A stretch of 63,230 bases of DNA, counting the filler, from Chiloscyllium plagiosum (Eukaryota), in assembly GCF_004010195.1 (NCBI RefSeq). It is 8 parts of 8 records of this genome, joined end to end, with 100 filler letters (N's around TTAATTAATTAA, not from the genome) between each part and the next. Parts side by side here need not be neighbours in the genome. Positions count along the whole stretch, not along the records: positions 10,868 to 13,523 come from NW_025183464.1; positions 13,624 to 29,541 come from NC_057726.1; 6 more parts are not named here. One strand, given 5' to 3'. The position numbers and the translations under genes are program-made. How positions within the stretch are numbered: position 1 is the stretch's first letter; each line of letters opens with the position of its first letter. Positions 11,459 to 25,229 of this stretch are shown here, in pieces. The notes under the pieces are model-generated. The model saw nothing but the letters and a program-made list of their open reading frames with translations, was not told the DNA's origin and did not search any database.

Positions 11459-11780
11459 CTACACACATTCTGATCTCCTGATGCTCTTGCTGAGGGGAGA
11501 GGCACGTGGGTGAGGGCACAGGAGAAGCGAGCGTTGGACTCCCAGTCAGACCCAGAGAGGGTCAGCAGGCTGCTGACACTGTAGGTGCTGTCCGAAGCTC
11601 ACAGGTAGTTACTGGTCTGAACCCCGTCCGAAATGACTGCACCATCCTTCTTCCACTGAACCTCCAGCTCATCGGGATAGAAGTGATTGGCAAGGCACAC
11701 CAGGGTGGCAGTGCCCTTGGCATTGACCTGCTCCGGGGAGGGGTGCAGCAGGGTCAGCTTGGGCTGAGAGTTCTCACGGC
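11459..11780 (-). pseudogene. IGKC: Ig kappa (NS4-type) light chain constant exon, pseudogene
   Basis: TTTCAG acceptor; RENSQPKLTLLHPSPEQVNAKGTATLVCLANHFYPDELEVQWKKDG...SNYL*ASDSTYSVSSLLTLSGSDWESNARFSCALTH; TGA at 11599-11601 and a frameshift before PLSKSIRRSECV*; AATAAA at 10928-10933. Confidence 0.9.
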
Positions 11781-12809
11781 CTGAAAGACAAGAGAAACAA
11801 TTTTAATCCCTGCCATTCAAAGAGATTTCAATTCTCAGCATATTCACTGGCAANNNNNNNNNNNNNNNNNNNNNNNNNNNNNNNNNNNNNNNNNNNNNNN
11901 NNNNNNNNNNNNNNNNNNNNNNNNNNNNNNNNNNNNNNNNNNNNNNNNNNNNNNNNNNNNNNNNNNNNNNNNNNNNNNNNNNNNNNNNNNNNNNNNNNNN
12001 NNNNNNNNNNNNNNNNNNNNNNNNNNNNNNNNNNNNNNNNNNNNNNNNNNNNNNNNNNNNNNNNNNNNNNNNNNNNNNNNNNNNNNNNNNNNNNNNNNNN
12101 NNNNNNNNNNNNNNNCCTCATGAAAACTTTTGGTCTGTTTTCACAAAAGAGAGGGACATATATAGCAGTAACTGTAGTTCAGGAGGAGAACTGTGCACTA
12201 TGGGAACAGCATCTTTCACACCTGAAAGACTCCCAGTTCATCCAATGAAAAGAAAGATCCATGCTGTCCTAAAGACATTTGCAGACCGTGTGGGACTTGT
12301 TTGAAATGGGGTCACTGTTGTAATGTAGGAAATGTGGAAGCCAGATTGTACACAAAATCCCACAAGCAACAATGAACCAAGGAACATTTTTGAATGATGT
12401 TTGTCCAGGAATAAGTATCAGCCTGAATATGATTCAAAGAGAAAGTGGATGGAAAATGAGGAAATGAAAGTTAAAGGAGAAGGGAGGAATACTGGTTAGC
12501 GATGGAATTGATTGTTACCAGAAAATAAAAGGAAAGGGACAGAGTATTGAGAATGTCATATTGTACTGAGGAAACTTAGAAGTGCAGGGAAGAACAATAT
12601 AGAACAAGCTTAAAGGTTTTGTCTCTTAACACATGAACCATTCGGAATAATGTAGACAAAGTGGTACCACACAAAGCAAGGGAAATCAAGTTTGCGAGGA
12701 GTTTAAACTAACTAAAGAAGGTGGGAGCTCAGGAGAAGTTATTAAAGTATCCAGACCAAGTAATAGGATCGAGGGTATGGAAAGGATCAGGAATCGAACT
12801 TGAGGCACC

Positions 12810-13050
12810 GCAGGGTGGAATGGTGGATCAGTGGTTGGCACTGCTGTCTCACAGCTCTGGAGACACAGACTCAATTCCAATTGACTGACTGTGTGGAGTT
12901 TACACATTCTCCCCGTGTCTACTTGGGTTTCCTCCCATTGTCACAAAGATATTTTGGTTAGGAGGATTATCCATGGGAATTGTAGGGTGGGTGGGATGCT
13001 TTTTAGAGGGTCAGTCTGGGCTGAATGGCCTGCTTCCACACTGTAGGGAT
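12810..13050 (+). mobile_element. HE1-like V-SINE
   Basis: Similar to 7405-7595. Confidence 0.7.
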
Positions 13051-13623
13051 TCTGTGAATTCTAAAGGAGGTAAGTATGAGAAGGAGGCAGTCAGTGCATG
13101 ACTGAGGGTGTTGTACTTAGATGCATCGAGTATATGAAACAAGGTAAATAAGCCTGTAGTGCAAGGATGTGGATGCAAGGGAATCAGGGTTGGGAACTAA
13201 ATATCCAAGGATGCACATCCTATTGAAAGGAAATGCGAGGGCATAGAGGGTCAAGTGTGAAGGAGGAACTGAAGGTAATCCTTGTTTGTCAGGAAATGGT
13301 CTTGGGCAGACTGATGGTATCAAAATTTGTAAGTCCCCAGGGGCCAGCAAGTCATCAGAGTATTTAAGAAAGTGGGTGTAGAAATAGTGGACACATTGTT
13401 GATCATTTTCCAACATTCTATCGACTCTGACAGAGTTCCAATGCACTGGACACTATCCAATGTAACCCCACTTTTTAATAAAAGGAAGTGGAGTGAAAAT
13501 GAGGAATTATACATGAGGAAAACNNNNNNNNNNNNNNNNNNNNNNNNNNNNNNNNNNNNNNNNNNNNTTAATTAATTAANNNNNNNNNNNNNNNNNNNNN
13601 NNNNNNNNNNNNNNNNNNNNNNN

Positions 13624-15240
13624 AATTTGTTTGCCTTTGAATGGGAGGATCCCAAGACAGGGCGGAAACAGCAATACCGATGGACTGTGCTCCCCCAGGG
13701 GTTTACGGAATCCCCGAATTTATTTGGACAGATGTTAGAACAAATATTGGAGAAATTTAGCAGCCCCAAGGGGACTATTCTGTTGCAGTATGTAGACGAC
13801 CTCTTAGTATCAGGAATAAGAAGAGAAAGAGTAGTAGAAGCAGCTAACAAATTATTGAATTTCCTGGGCCAGCAAGGGCTGTGAGTATCTAAAAACAAAT
13901 TACAATATGTGGAGCAGGAAGTAAAATACTTGGGACATTTAGTGAGTGAGGGTAAGCGAAAGATATGCCCGGAACGGATAGAGGGAATCGTGGGGATGCC
14001 ACTGCCCAGCACTAAACGGGAGTTACGCAAATGTTTGGGTCTAACGGGATATTGCAGATTGTGGATAGATTCCTATGCTCAGAAGACTAGGAAATTATAT
14101 CTTAAACTATTAGAGGGGGAGCCAAAATGTTTAAATTGGGATGATGAGGAAAAAGAACTAGTTGAGAATCTCAAAAGAGATTTGATTCATGCCCCCGTGT
14201 TTGCCTTACCTTCCCTAGATAAACCTTTCCACCTCTTTGCCACCGTAGATAAGGGAGCGGCTTTGGGAGTATTAACCCAGAGGTGGGGAGGGATGAAACA
14301 GCCAGTAGCATATCTTTCAAAGCTATTGGATCCAGTATGCCGAGGGTGGCCTGCGTGTGTGCAGGCCGTGGCTGCCACTGCACTGTTGGCAGAGGAAAGC
14401 AGAAAGCTTACGTTTTGGGGGAGCCCTAATAGTAAGCACCCCACACCAAGTGAGAACAATCTTAAACCAAAAAGCTGGGCGATGGTTGACAGACTCGCGG
14501 ATTCTGAAATATGAGGCGATATTAATAGAAAAGGATGATCTAGTGTTGGTCACTGACAATTGTTTAAATCCAGCTGCCTTTCTTTGGAAAGGGGAAGGAG
14601 ACTCTCCTTAGAATCCAGGGCACGACTGCCTTGACATTATTGAATACCAAACTAAGGTCCGCATGGACCTGAGAGATGTTCCACTTCATGCAGGGGCTAG
14701 ACTTTTTATAGACGGATCATCCCGGGTGACTGAAGGGAAAAGACATAATGGGTATGCAGTTGTAGATGGGAAAAAAGGTAGTGCGGTGGAGGCAGGAAGG
14801 TTGCCGAATGGGTGGTCAGCTCAGACCTGCGAACTCTATGCATTAGAGAGAGCCCTTAGGACATTAGAAAATAAAGAGGGAACAGTATACAATGACTCTA
14901 AATATGCATTTGGTGTTGTGCACACGTTCGGAAATCCTCTTTATCTTTCCTCAGAAAACAGGGTCTATTGGCACAGACTCTGCCCCTTGAATTCACCGTT
15001 CACCCCAACCGGCCAGGAGATTGGGTCTAAGTAAAATCATGGACAGAGACTAAATTGTAGCCGGACTGGGAAGGGCCGTACCAGACTCTTTTGACTCCCG
15101 AAACGGCAATAAGGACGGCGGAAAAAGGCTGGATTCATTACACTCGGATCAAAGGGCCTGTGGACCCTCCAGTTGAGGAAGAAGTCTGGACAGCCGAATC
15201 AACGCAAGACCCGCTAAAACTCAGACTAAAGAGACTTTGA
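13624..15240 (+). mobile_element. pol: Class I (gamma/epsilon-like) ERV pol, defective
   Basis: QYRWTVLPQGFTESP, LQYVDDLL, RNase H FIDGSS...SAQTCELYAL; stop at 13882, frameshift ~14420; integrase core absent (RNase H joins near 14935 to the IN C-terminus WEGPYQ...GWIHYTR). Confidence 0.9.
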
Positions 15241-15318
15241 GTAACTGACTATACAGTGGCGGCGCGAGCGCGGGATTATTTCTGTAAGATTGTATATTAA
15301 GCCTTTTTGTGCTTCAGC

Positions 15319-16915
15319 ATGATGATTAGAATACTGGGAATGTTTAGAGTTATGATGCTAGCCCTCTTCGTATTGGGATTTTGTCACATATCATTTTCAT
15401 ACGTATTATTAACGGTTCCTGAGTCTGATAATCCACAAGTAATAGACACAGATGCATGCAGTTTAGTAAATTGTGGGGATGTAGCTAATCAGAGACAGTA
15501 CCGCAGCTCAGAGATACATCTTAAGTGCTATGGGGATGGCCTCAGGGATGGTACCTGGTATAATGGTCTTGTCACAGTACACCGGGACCCCTTCCGACCA
15601 GCTCGCGATTGTCTCGATAAGAAGTGTAACCCAATATACTTAACGATAAGGAAAACCACATGGCATGAAGCAATTCNNNNNNNNNNNNNNNNNNNNNNNN
15701 NNNNNNNNNNNNNNNNNNNAGGACAGGGAAAACGGGTAGAATTACTGGGTAATGAGATACAACATTTCACCCCTCCCGATGATCCTAAAATAGTAAAAAT
15801 TATAGAGGTAAAAGACTTGAAACAGACCATCGAGATAGAAACTGGGTACGCATATGCAAATGCCTGGGTTGAATGGGTAAAGTATACTGTAAAAGGTCTG
15901 AACAAAAGCAATTGCTATGCATGTGCCTCCAGTAGGCCAGGGGTCCAGGTGGTTCCCTTTCCGCTCAGGTGGAAGTGAGACAGGAAGGGCATGAAATGTA
16001 TGATAGCCCTGTACCAGGATGACACTGCATGGAATGATAGGAATTGTACCTCCCTATCTCTGATGCTCCCTCCCTTGGAGAAGAAAGATGCAAAAGATCC
16101 CCCCACATTTTCCGCCGCAGTTGGAAATCACACGTCGTGTGTGCGCAGGCAAGGTACAAGTCGGTCGAGAGATTTGGGGGAGCTGAAATTATGTACAGAG
16201 ATTAAGAATGTNNNNNNNNNNNNNNNNNNNNNNNNNNNNNNNNNNNNNNNNNNNNNNNNNNNNNNNNNNNNNNNNNNNNNNNNNNNNNNNNNNNNNNNNN
16301 NNNNNNNNNNNNNNNNNNNNNNNNNNNNNNNNNNNNNNNNNNNNNNNNNNNNNNNNNNNNNNNNNNNNNNNNNNNNNNNNNNNNNNNNNNNNNNNNNNNN
16401 NNNNNNNNNNNNNNNNNNNNNNNNNNNNNNNNNNNNNNNNNNNNNNNNNNNNNNNNNNNNNNNNNNNNNNNNNNNNNNNNNNNNNNNNNNNNNNNNNNNN
16501 NNNNNNNNNNNNNNNNNNNNNNNNNNNNNNNNNNNNNNNNNNNNNNNNNNNNNNNNNNNNNNNNNNNNNNNNNNNNNNNNNNNNNNNNNNNNNNNNNNNN
16601 NNNNNNNNNNNNNNNNNNNNNNNNNNNNNNNNNNNNNNNNNNNNNNNNNNNNNNNNNNNNNNNNNNNNNNNNNNNNNNNNNNNNNNNNNNNNNNNNNNNN
16701 NNNNNNNNNNNNNNNNNNNNNNNNNNNNNNNNNNNNNNNNNNNNNNNNNNNNNNNNNTCACCCAAAGACTGATTGAAACAGCCTTGATGAAACAGATGCC
16801 CCTAAGAGGGAATCAGGCAGAGGAACATTATCGGCTAAATAATGAGGAGATGAGTGAAACCAAGATGGATAAAATCTCTGAAATGATGCTTGCGAATTTT
16901 GGGAACAATGTTTAA
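15319..16915 (+). mobile_element. env: ERV env, defective and gapped
   Basis: Signal-like N-terminus, NAWVEWVKY...SNCYACAS (CxxC), stop at 15976-15978; C-terminal tail follows the N gap and precedes the PPT. Confidence 0.8.
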
Positions 16916-16971
16916 AAAAAAGGGACAAAAATGCAGAAGATAACAAATGGTAATCAAAAGAAAAAGGAAAT

Positions 16972-17651
16972 TGTGGGATATAGGTGAATTAATGTTATTT
17001 CTGCAAATTATAAGTTCTGATACAGAGTAAATTAATTCACATTAGTCTGTGATTGTTTCTCAGCTAGGAGCTGAGTTAACAAAAATGGGAACTACATAGA
17101 GGAAGTGTATAATCCGTTAAAAAATGATATGTCAGCATGAGACGTGATTACAAAACAATGGTAGAAATACAGGCACCAGATAAAATGCTGTGAAAAGAGG
17201 CCTGTATAAATAGTAGGTTTCCCACTTGTACAGAGACACAGGAACAAACCCCAATTAAAAGGGCTTAGTGATAAGATGCTGTGAGGGGCAGTGCAGATGG
17301 AGGGAGTAGATAATGGTAAGCAAAGGATGGGATGACGTCAAACAATCTTATGGGAGCCAGAGATAGGCATTTGTCACGGACAAGGCCGGATAAACAGAAG
17401 TTGTGGGAACAGCCTTACGGAAATGAGTGATGTAAGCGGAGGAGGGGGCAAACAATGAAATAAGAAAAAATATGGGGATTCAAATTGTATAAATTTCGAG
17501 AGTTTGTTGGATTTGATGTGTATTTGTCATTGCCTTACCTGGCATTAGACATTGCACCCACTTGCAAGTGTACAAATAAAACGGCACTACTGGTTCAGAT
17601 TTATGGTCTCGGACTGAAATTATTGAAGTGAGTGAGCTTTTGTTTCTCACA
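16972..17651 (+). mobile_element. ERV 3' LTR
   Basis: Polypurine tract AAAAGAAAAAGGAAA (16956-16970), TG...CA termini, AATAAA near 17575; homologous to 28335-29077. Confidence 0.9.
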
Positions 17652-17848
17652 ACTGGAACACTCAAACAAACTCTCTGCATTTAGCTTTTGAACTGTGTTT
17701 ATCCCAATGTCAATATCCACACCATTCTTGTACCAACGGATATTTATATTCCTGGGATACAATTCAGCACTTCCACAAATGAGGACCAGATAAGTCGATG
17801 CATTACATTCAGTCTTGCGGCAATCAATATGCAGTTGGCTTGGGGGAA
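17652..17848 (-). pseudogene. Ig C1-set domain exon of a non-rearranging IgSF gene (SIRP/tapasin-like), truncated by the LTR
   Basis: TTTTTCCACAG acceptor; VPPSQLHIDC...LVLICGSAELYPRNINIRWYKNG...ESLFECSS, then an abrupt switch to LTR sequence. Confidence 0.7.
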
Positions 17849-18117
17849 CTGTGGAAAAAAAAGTGACAGAAGAGATGTAAACTTTGTGAGAATGTTGAAA
17901 ACTATTCACTTTCTGATAAATCAAAGTCAATGTTACATGAAAAATTAACACATATCAAATGACATACTAATTTATAAACGGGTTAAAGGAGACACCAACT
18001 AAAAGGTTTTTCTTTCACACCATCAGGAGAGAGACTCAAGGAAGTAGAGATGATAATTGGACACTAGTGCACACAACATTAAAGTACACTAGATAGTATT
18101 TATATCTGTTAGTTTAA

Positions 18118-18392
18118 GGGTGGCATGGTGGCTCAGTGGTTAGCACTGCTACCTCACAGCGCCAGGGACCTGAGTTCAATTCTCACCTCAGGCACCTGTC
18201 TGTAGAGTTTGCACATTCTCCCTGTGTCTGCATGGGTTTTCTCTGGTTTCCTCCCACAGTCCAAAGATGTGCAAGTTAGGTGAATTGGCCATGCTAAATT
18301 GCCCATAGTGTTACGGGAAAATGGGTCTGGGAGGGTTGGAGCGGACTTGTTGGGCCGAAGGGCCTGTTTTCACACTGTAGGGAATCTAATCT
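18118..18392 (+). mobile_element. HE1-like V-SINE
   Basis: A/B boxes, V-domain, CR1-like tail. Confidence 0.85.
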
Positions 18393-19319
18393 TAAATTAT
18401 ATATCTTTTGTGATTTATTTTGGTGTTTAATCTACGTGGAGAACAGAGAAGGCATAACTAACATTTCACAAGAATATAAAATATGTGTGGTTAATTAAAA
18501 GGTTTTAAAAAAATTTAATGAGACCCTGGGAAACTACGTAATAATATCTTCAGTAATAATGATGGAAATGATTAGTGCACGGTGTTCACAACAGGGTACA
18601 TCAATTCATGGGCAATAGGAAGTAAAAGGATGTAATATAATTGTCATTATGGAGATGTGGCTGCAGTATGACCAAAAAGAGAAGCTGAATAGGTGGAATA
18701 GGCCAAAAAAAAGGAACTGAGGTGAGTTGGGCAAATGATAAGTGATGGACTCAGAATATTAGTGAGAGAGGGTATAGCAAGGATCCAATCAGAAATAAAA
18801 ACAGGATGGATCTGTGAGGCTATGAAACAGCAAGAATTGATAATAGATGTGTAGAAACTTATATAACTTGCAGCACAAATTTAAGGTGTGATTTAATTCA
18901 GAAGTGCTTGTAGACGTGGAAGCTGTAATCAATGAATGACTTAAGAAAATGTATATATTCTTTTGAGTCAAAAATACTCAGCAGAAGAAGTGAGAGAAGC
19001 AGGGCTAACAATGAACATTAAAAGCTATAGGATCATATCTCATCAAAGGAAGAAACTTATAAAGTTGTCAAGTTAAGTTGCAAGTCTGAAGGTTGGGAGG
19101 CTTTCAGAGTTTGGCAAAGGAGGACAAAGATATTTATAAAGGATTTGAAATTAGACTGTGAACTTGAAATTAGATGAAACATAACAATGGTCAGTATAAC
19201 CTTTTTGAGGTATTGAAAAAGGAAGGATTATCTGGAACAATTGTAGGCCCATTACAGGAATAATTTTGAAAAGAGGAATCACAGAAAAGCAAAGTAAGGA
19301 GCTTTTGTCTGTTTTAGCA

Positions 19320-20510
19320 GAGAGTCACAGAGTCATAGGCAAGTGCAGCACAGAAACAGACCCTTCGGTGCAACTTGTCCATGCCGACCAGATATCTGAA
19401 GTTGATCTAGTTCCATTTGCCAGGACTTGGCCCATATCCCTCTGAACACTTCCTACTCATGTACGCATCCAGATGCCTTTTGAATTTTGTAATTGTACCA
19501 GCCTCCACCATTTCCTCTCTCACCTAAACCTATGCCCTCTAGTTCTGGACTTGCCCAACCCAGGGAAAAGACCTTGTCAATTTGTCCTATCCATACCCCC
19601 CATGATTTTATAAAACTCTATAAGGCCACCCCTCAGCCTCCGACGCTCCAGGGATATCAGCCCCAGCCTATTCAGCCTCCCTTTATAGCTCAAACCCTCC
19701 AACTCTCGCAACATCCATGTAAACATTTTCTGAACCCTTTCAAGTTTCACAACATTCTTCCTATAGAAAGGAGACCAGAACTGCAAACAATATTCAAAAA
19801 GTGGCCGAACCAATGCCCTGTACAGCCACAACATGACTTCCCAACTCCTATACTCAATGCTCTGGCCAATAAAGAAAAACATATCAAATGCCTTCTTCAC
19901 TATCCTATCCAACTGAGGCTCCCAACCTCGTTCTTGATGAAGGGCTTTTGCCCGAAACGTCGATTTTCCTGCTCCTTAGATGCTGCCTAATCTGCTGTAC
20001 TTTTCCAGCACCACTCTAATCTTGACTCTAATCTCCAGCATCTGCAGTACCCACCTCCACAAAGTGTGTCCCAGTCAATACAATAGGAGTTAAAATCATC
20101 CACCACAACAACTCCCCTGTTTTTACAGCTTTCCAAAATCTGTCTACATATTCTATCCTCTACTATCACTGGCTGTTGGGAGGCCTGTATCATAGGCCTA
20201 GCATTGTGATTTCACCTTTCCTATTCCTGAGTTCTACCCATAGTGCCTTACTGCATGAGTTCTCTTATGTATCCTCCCTCAGTACAGCTGTGAGATACTC
20301 TTTACCAGGAATGTAACTCCCCCACCCCCTTTTACATCCCTTTCTGTCACACCTGAAATTTCTGAATCTTGGGACATTCAATTGCCAGTCCTGTCCCTCT
20401 TTCAGCCAAGTTTCTGTAATCACAATAATGTCATAGTACCAAGTACTAACCAATGCTCTGAGTTCATCTACCTTGCTAATTATATTTCTTGCATTGAAAC
20501 ACATGCATTT
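19320..20510 (-). mobile_element. CR1 LINE fragments with an embedded Penelope-like repeat (~19925-20055)
   Basis: LYRALVRPLFEYCLQFWSPFYRK; FNARNI...ITETWL. Confidence 0.8.
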
Positions 20511-22024
20511 CAGACCACTTCCCTGCTCTTTCCAACAGCATTTTCCTGCCGTTTCCAAAACTCTGTGATATATATCAGTCAGTGGGTTCCATTGATTTGT
20601 TATTTTTTAGTCCCAAAAAATTGGCAAATCCTTTTTTTCAGTAATTTTAATGTATTTACTTAGTTCCTCACTCTCACTCGCCCATTAGATTGTTCTTATT
20701 CCTGGGAGTTCCTTTGTGGATGCTAACACTTAGCTTCTCTGCCTTTCCATATTTCCTAATATGCTTCCCATTTGAGGCTTCAGGCACCTTGTCTTTCATT
20801 TGTCTTTCCACTCGTGCTCAGTGATAACTGCCAATACAACAGTACACAGTTCAATACCCAACTCTGGCACTATCTAACTGGTACATGGGATCTGTGTTTC
20901 AAGATGATAGGCCAGTCTCTGGATGGGTTAAGATGCATCCACAGACTAGGAAGAAATGACAGCACTCATGGTGAGCAGGGATTATTTTGCTCATTGATTA
21001 AGCTATTGCATGCCACCTGGAATCTTCACCAGCTCTTCACTCAACTGCAGTTGCATGTGGAAGATCTGTTGTCTTATTGTTGACTCTATAGACATGAAAC
21101 AGACAGCTTGTGGCACAACATCAACCCAACCTCCCATTGAGCTTTGGTGACCACAGCAGCCACAAGTTGTGTGGGTTGCTTATGATATGGTAACCTCAGC
21201 AGGCTTTGATTCAAAACCTAACTGTAAGTAGATACCCACTGATATAATAGAATATTTTCTCGTCGCAGAGCTGGTGATGATGTTCTGACCCTCTGCAGTC
21301 CCCTCTTCCTCCTTAAATAGAGATAATTGTACTTTGCAAATAGTAGCTTGAGTCAAAAGGCGGATCAAAGCACCTCATATTTTCAGGCGCATGCTTCAAA
21401 ATTGGCTGAGAAGTAGATCCATTTATGTGCAGTTAACAACACAGAAGCAATCCCTTATGATTGTTGTGTCACCATAATCTTACCAGACCATAGGGGCTGC
21501 TCTTTTAGTAGAGAGAAGCAACTGGTGGTGATTTAATCTGATGACCACCAGAGCTCAGGCAAGGGAAGAGAGGTTGAGAAGGAGAGTCATTTGTGGTAAC
21601 CTCAAACCGATGATGGGAATTGAACCCACACTGTTGGCATCACAATACTCTGTCAAGCAATGATCCAGCCAACTGAGCTAGACCTGGCTCCATTTTACCT
21701 GCCTGCGAGTACTCTCAGGGTCCTTGAGGAACATATGCAGAATGTTATCAGTGGACAGTAGGGCAACATTTTGCTGCATTTTTCATGTGACAATAAATTT
21801 GTATTTTATTATAGTCTATTCCTTTTATCATGCTTGCAGGCATCTCCATTGTGAAATGGCTGTCTTAAATATTATCTACCCCTCATCTAACGTACTGTAC
21901 CTCTCCTAAAATGTGACACCCAGATCTCAATGCAGCTGACCCTGTTATACATGTTTAACTATATTCCCTTTATATGTACTATTTTTTAAACAGTGGTTCA
22001 GGTGAGTATTTTCAACATTAAATT

Positions 22025-22290
22025 ACCTACAGTATGGAAACAGTTCCTTTGGCCTAACAAGTCCACACTGACCCTTCAAAGAGTAACCCACCCAGACCCA
22101 TTTCCCTCCGACTAATGCACCTAGTGCTATGGGCAATTTACCTGATCTGCACATGTTTGGATTGTGAGAGGAAACCCATGCAAACATGGGGAGAATGTGC
22201 AAACTCCACACAGTCACCCAAGGCAGGGACTGAACCCAGGTCCATGGCACCATGAGGGAGCATTGCTAACCACTGAGCCACTATGCCATC
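22025..22290 (-). mobile_element. HE1-like V-SINE
   Basis: Reverse complement of the SINE at 18118. Confidence 0.8.
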
Positions 22291-22559
22291 CACAATGCAG
22301 AACCTATGGTACTGTGCACTAGTTCGTTGGCCATGAATAAGGAAGAATAAGGAAGACGCTGTTTCCATCTGAAGTGAGGAGGAATTGCTTCACCGGTGTG
22401 TGCTGCTAGTTTCTTGTTATTCATTTAGAATTGGTGATTGAGTGATTCATCTCAGCTTATTCCTAAGGTTCCCAATTTACAATTGCCACTCTTCAACAAA
22501 CATGTGTCACTCAATGTGTTATTTTATCTTGTCTTGTACAAAGGGTTCCTGGGTTGCTT

Positions 22560-24220
22560 ATTCACAGATCCCTGAGGTGGCATGACAGGTTAACAGGATA
22601 GTGAAGAAGCAGACAGAATATTTGCTTACCATTCAAGGCATACACTATAAGAATAAGGAGGTTATAGAACAGAGAACATAGGAAAGTACAGCATAGAACA
22701 GGCCCTTTGGCCCACGATGTTGTGCCAAGAACGCACCACTCAATTCACTGCTATCCATGTGCATGTCCAGCAGTCGCTTAAATGTCCCCAGTGACTCTGC
22801 TTCCACCACCCCTGCTGGCAATGCATTCCATGCATTCACAACTTTCTGCGAAAAGAACCTACCTCTGACGTCTCCTTTATACCTTCCTCCTAATATCTTC
22901 AAACTATGACTCCTCGTACCAATCAATCCTACTCTGGGGAAAAGTCTCTGGCTATTGACTCTATCTGTTTCACTCATTATCTTGTATACCTCTATCTATT
23001 CCACTCATTATCTTGTATAGCTCTGGCTTCCCCCACCCCTGGCAAAAGACTTTGTCTATTTATCCTATCCATGCCCCTCATGATTTTATAGACCTCTATA
23101 AAGTCAGATTATGAACAGCAGTCGCTCTTAGGAGCAAAGTTCTGGCATCAACAGAGGATTGGCTGACTGGCAGAACACAGAGTTGGGATAAAGAGGTCTT
23201 TTTCAGAATGGCGGCTGGTGACTAGGGGAGTTCCAAGGGGCTTCATGTTGGGACCACAGCTATTCATGTCAACAATCTGGATGGAAGAATTTAAAGGTAT
23301 TGTTGCTCGCCTTGAAGATGACAGAAAGATAAGTGATGGGACAGGCAATGCAGAGGGAGCAGCAAGACGGCAGAAGGTCGTGGACAAATTATAAGCGTGG
23401 GCAAATAAATGGCAGATGGAATACAATGTGTGAAGAGTCAGGTTATGCATTTGGATTGGAATACAGGCATAGATGATTTTATAAAGAGACAAAGACTTTG
23501 GAAATCTGAAGCACAAAGTAACTTGGGAGTCCTGGTTCAGGATTCTCCTCAGGTTAACAAGCAGGTTCAGATGGCAGGCAGGAAGGCAAATAGAATGTTG
23601 ACATTCATTTCAAGAGGGCTACAACACAACAGCAGAGAAAAAAAAGTGCTGAAGCTGTATAAGGTTCCGGTCAGACCGCATTTAGAATATTTTGGGTGGT
23701 TTTGGGCTCCGTATCTAAGGAAAGATGTCCTGGCCTTGGAAGGGTCCAGAGGTGGTTTCCAAGGATGTTCAAACTATACAAAACTTTGGTTAAGCAAACA
23801 CTGGGAGACTGTGTGCCATTCCAGTCACCACAAATTCATAAGGATGTGATTGCGTTGGAGGTGGTTCAAGGGAGATTCCCCATTGCCTATAATGCAGCAC
23901 TTTATCAATGAAGAGAGGCTGGATAAGCTTAGGTTGCTTTCTTTGGAGCAGAGAAGATTGAAGGGGGAACTGACTGAGCTGTATAAGATTATAAGAGGCA
24001 TGGAACAGGTTGATAGAAAGCAGATATCACCTAAGTTGAAGAGTTAATAGTGAATGGACTTGATTTTAAGATGAATGGCTGGAGTTTTAGAAGGGAATTG
24101 AGGAAAGTATTTTTCACCTCGGGAATGTGTAATGCATTGTCTGGGATGGTAGAAGTTGAAGGAAAGCTCACAACCATTAAAAAGCATGTGGATGAACACT
24201 TGAAATGTACTAACATCCAA
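22560..24220. mobile_element. Nested CR1 ORF2 3' fragments
   Basis: RGRFFSQKVVNAWNALP (minus); GVPRG, VRPHLEY, LEQRRLKGELTELYKII (plus). Confidence 0.75.
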
Positions 24221-25229
24221 ATGCTGGAACAAAGAGGCATCTCTTTGCTGTATGACTCAATGACTAGATCAATTTTCCAGAAATGTCCAACTTTGAAAGG
24301 TGTAACAGCTGTTTTGTAGTGTACTAAATGGCACAGAGGTTGGTTCATGTGGGTACGAAGATCATTTGCAAGCTTTTAATTTTGATAGCTTACTTAAGAA
24401 TTCATTTCTCCCTCACTTACTGTTTTCATTTCACAATACTGACAGAGTACCAACCACTCGATCCACAAGAAGAGAGTATTTTAGCCCCCTGTTTGAGATA
24501 AATATTTTAAAAAAAAATGTTCTTGGGCTCTGGGCATCCTTGTCAAGACAAGGATTTAGTGTCAATCGTTAATAATCCGGGGGAAACTCAGAGTGAACTT
24601 CATTGCTGTAAGTCAGGAGTTACATGTAGATTGGATCAGATCAGGATGGCAGATTTCCTTTCCTAAAGGACATCAGTAAATCAGATGGGTCTGTACAATA
24701 ATTGACAACAGTGATGTTTGGGTTTGTTTGTTATTGCATGTGTTTATTTGATCTAAATTTCATCATCTTCCACAATGGGATTTGAACTAATTTCCCCCAG
24801 AATGTTCACCTGACGCTTATAGATTATTAATCCACTGGCATGACCACAACACCACCATTTCCCCAAACTGTGCAATGTTGAAGCATTGATTTTGGTATTT
24901 TAGTATTGTTGGTAAGAATGTGGTCTTAATCAATATTAATAATTAAACCACATCTCGTCATTACTTGGCTGAGTAGGTAGGTGTATGAATATGTCAAGCT
25001 GTTAGTCAATTAGTCTGTGAGACCGCTCTCATGTCTTGTATTGTTTTGTTCACCTCGTCATGCAATATATTGAAAACTGTGTTCAACTCTGAGAGGAGGT
25101 GGTATGCAAAGTGCCACATTTTCCTTTTTGCAGAATATGAGTTAGAATGGACTTGGCCTCGACCTTAAAGCTTATATACAAGGAGAGCTTTACAAGTTGG
25201 AATAATCAAGTGGTACATGATAGTGGCCA

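Noticed and set aside
16189-16915. Long ORFs made of X residues (also 11828-12121 and 32400-33314)
   Set aside because: Artefacts of translating N gaps.
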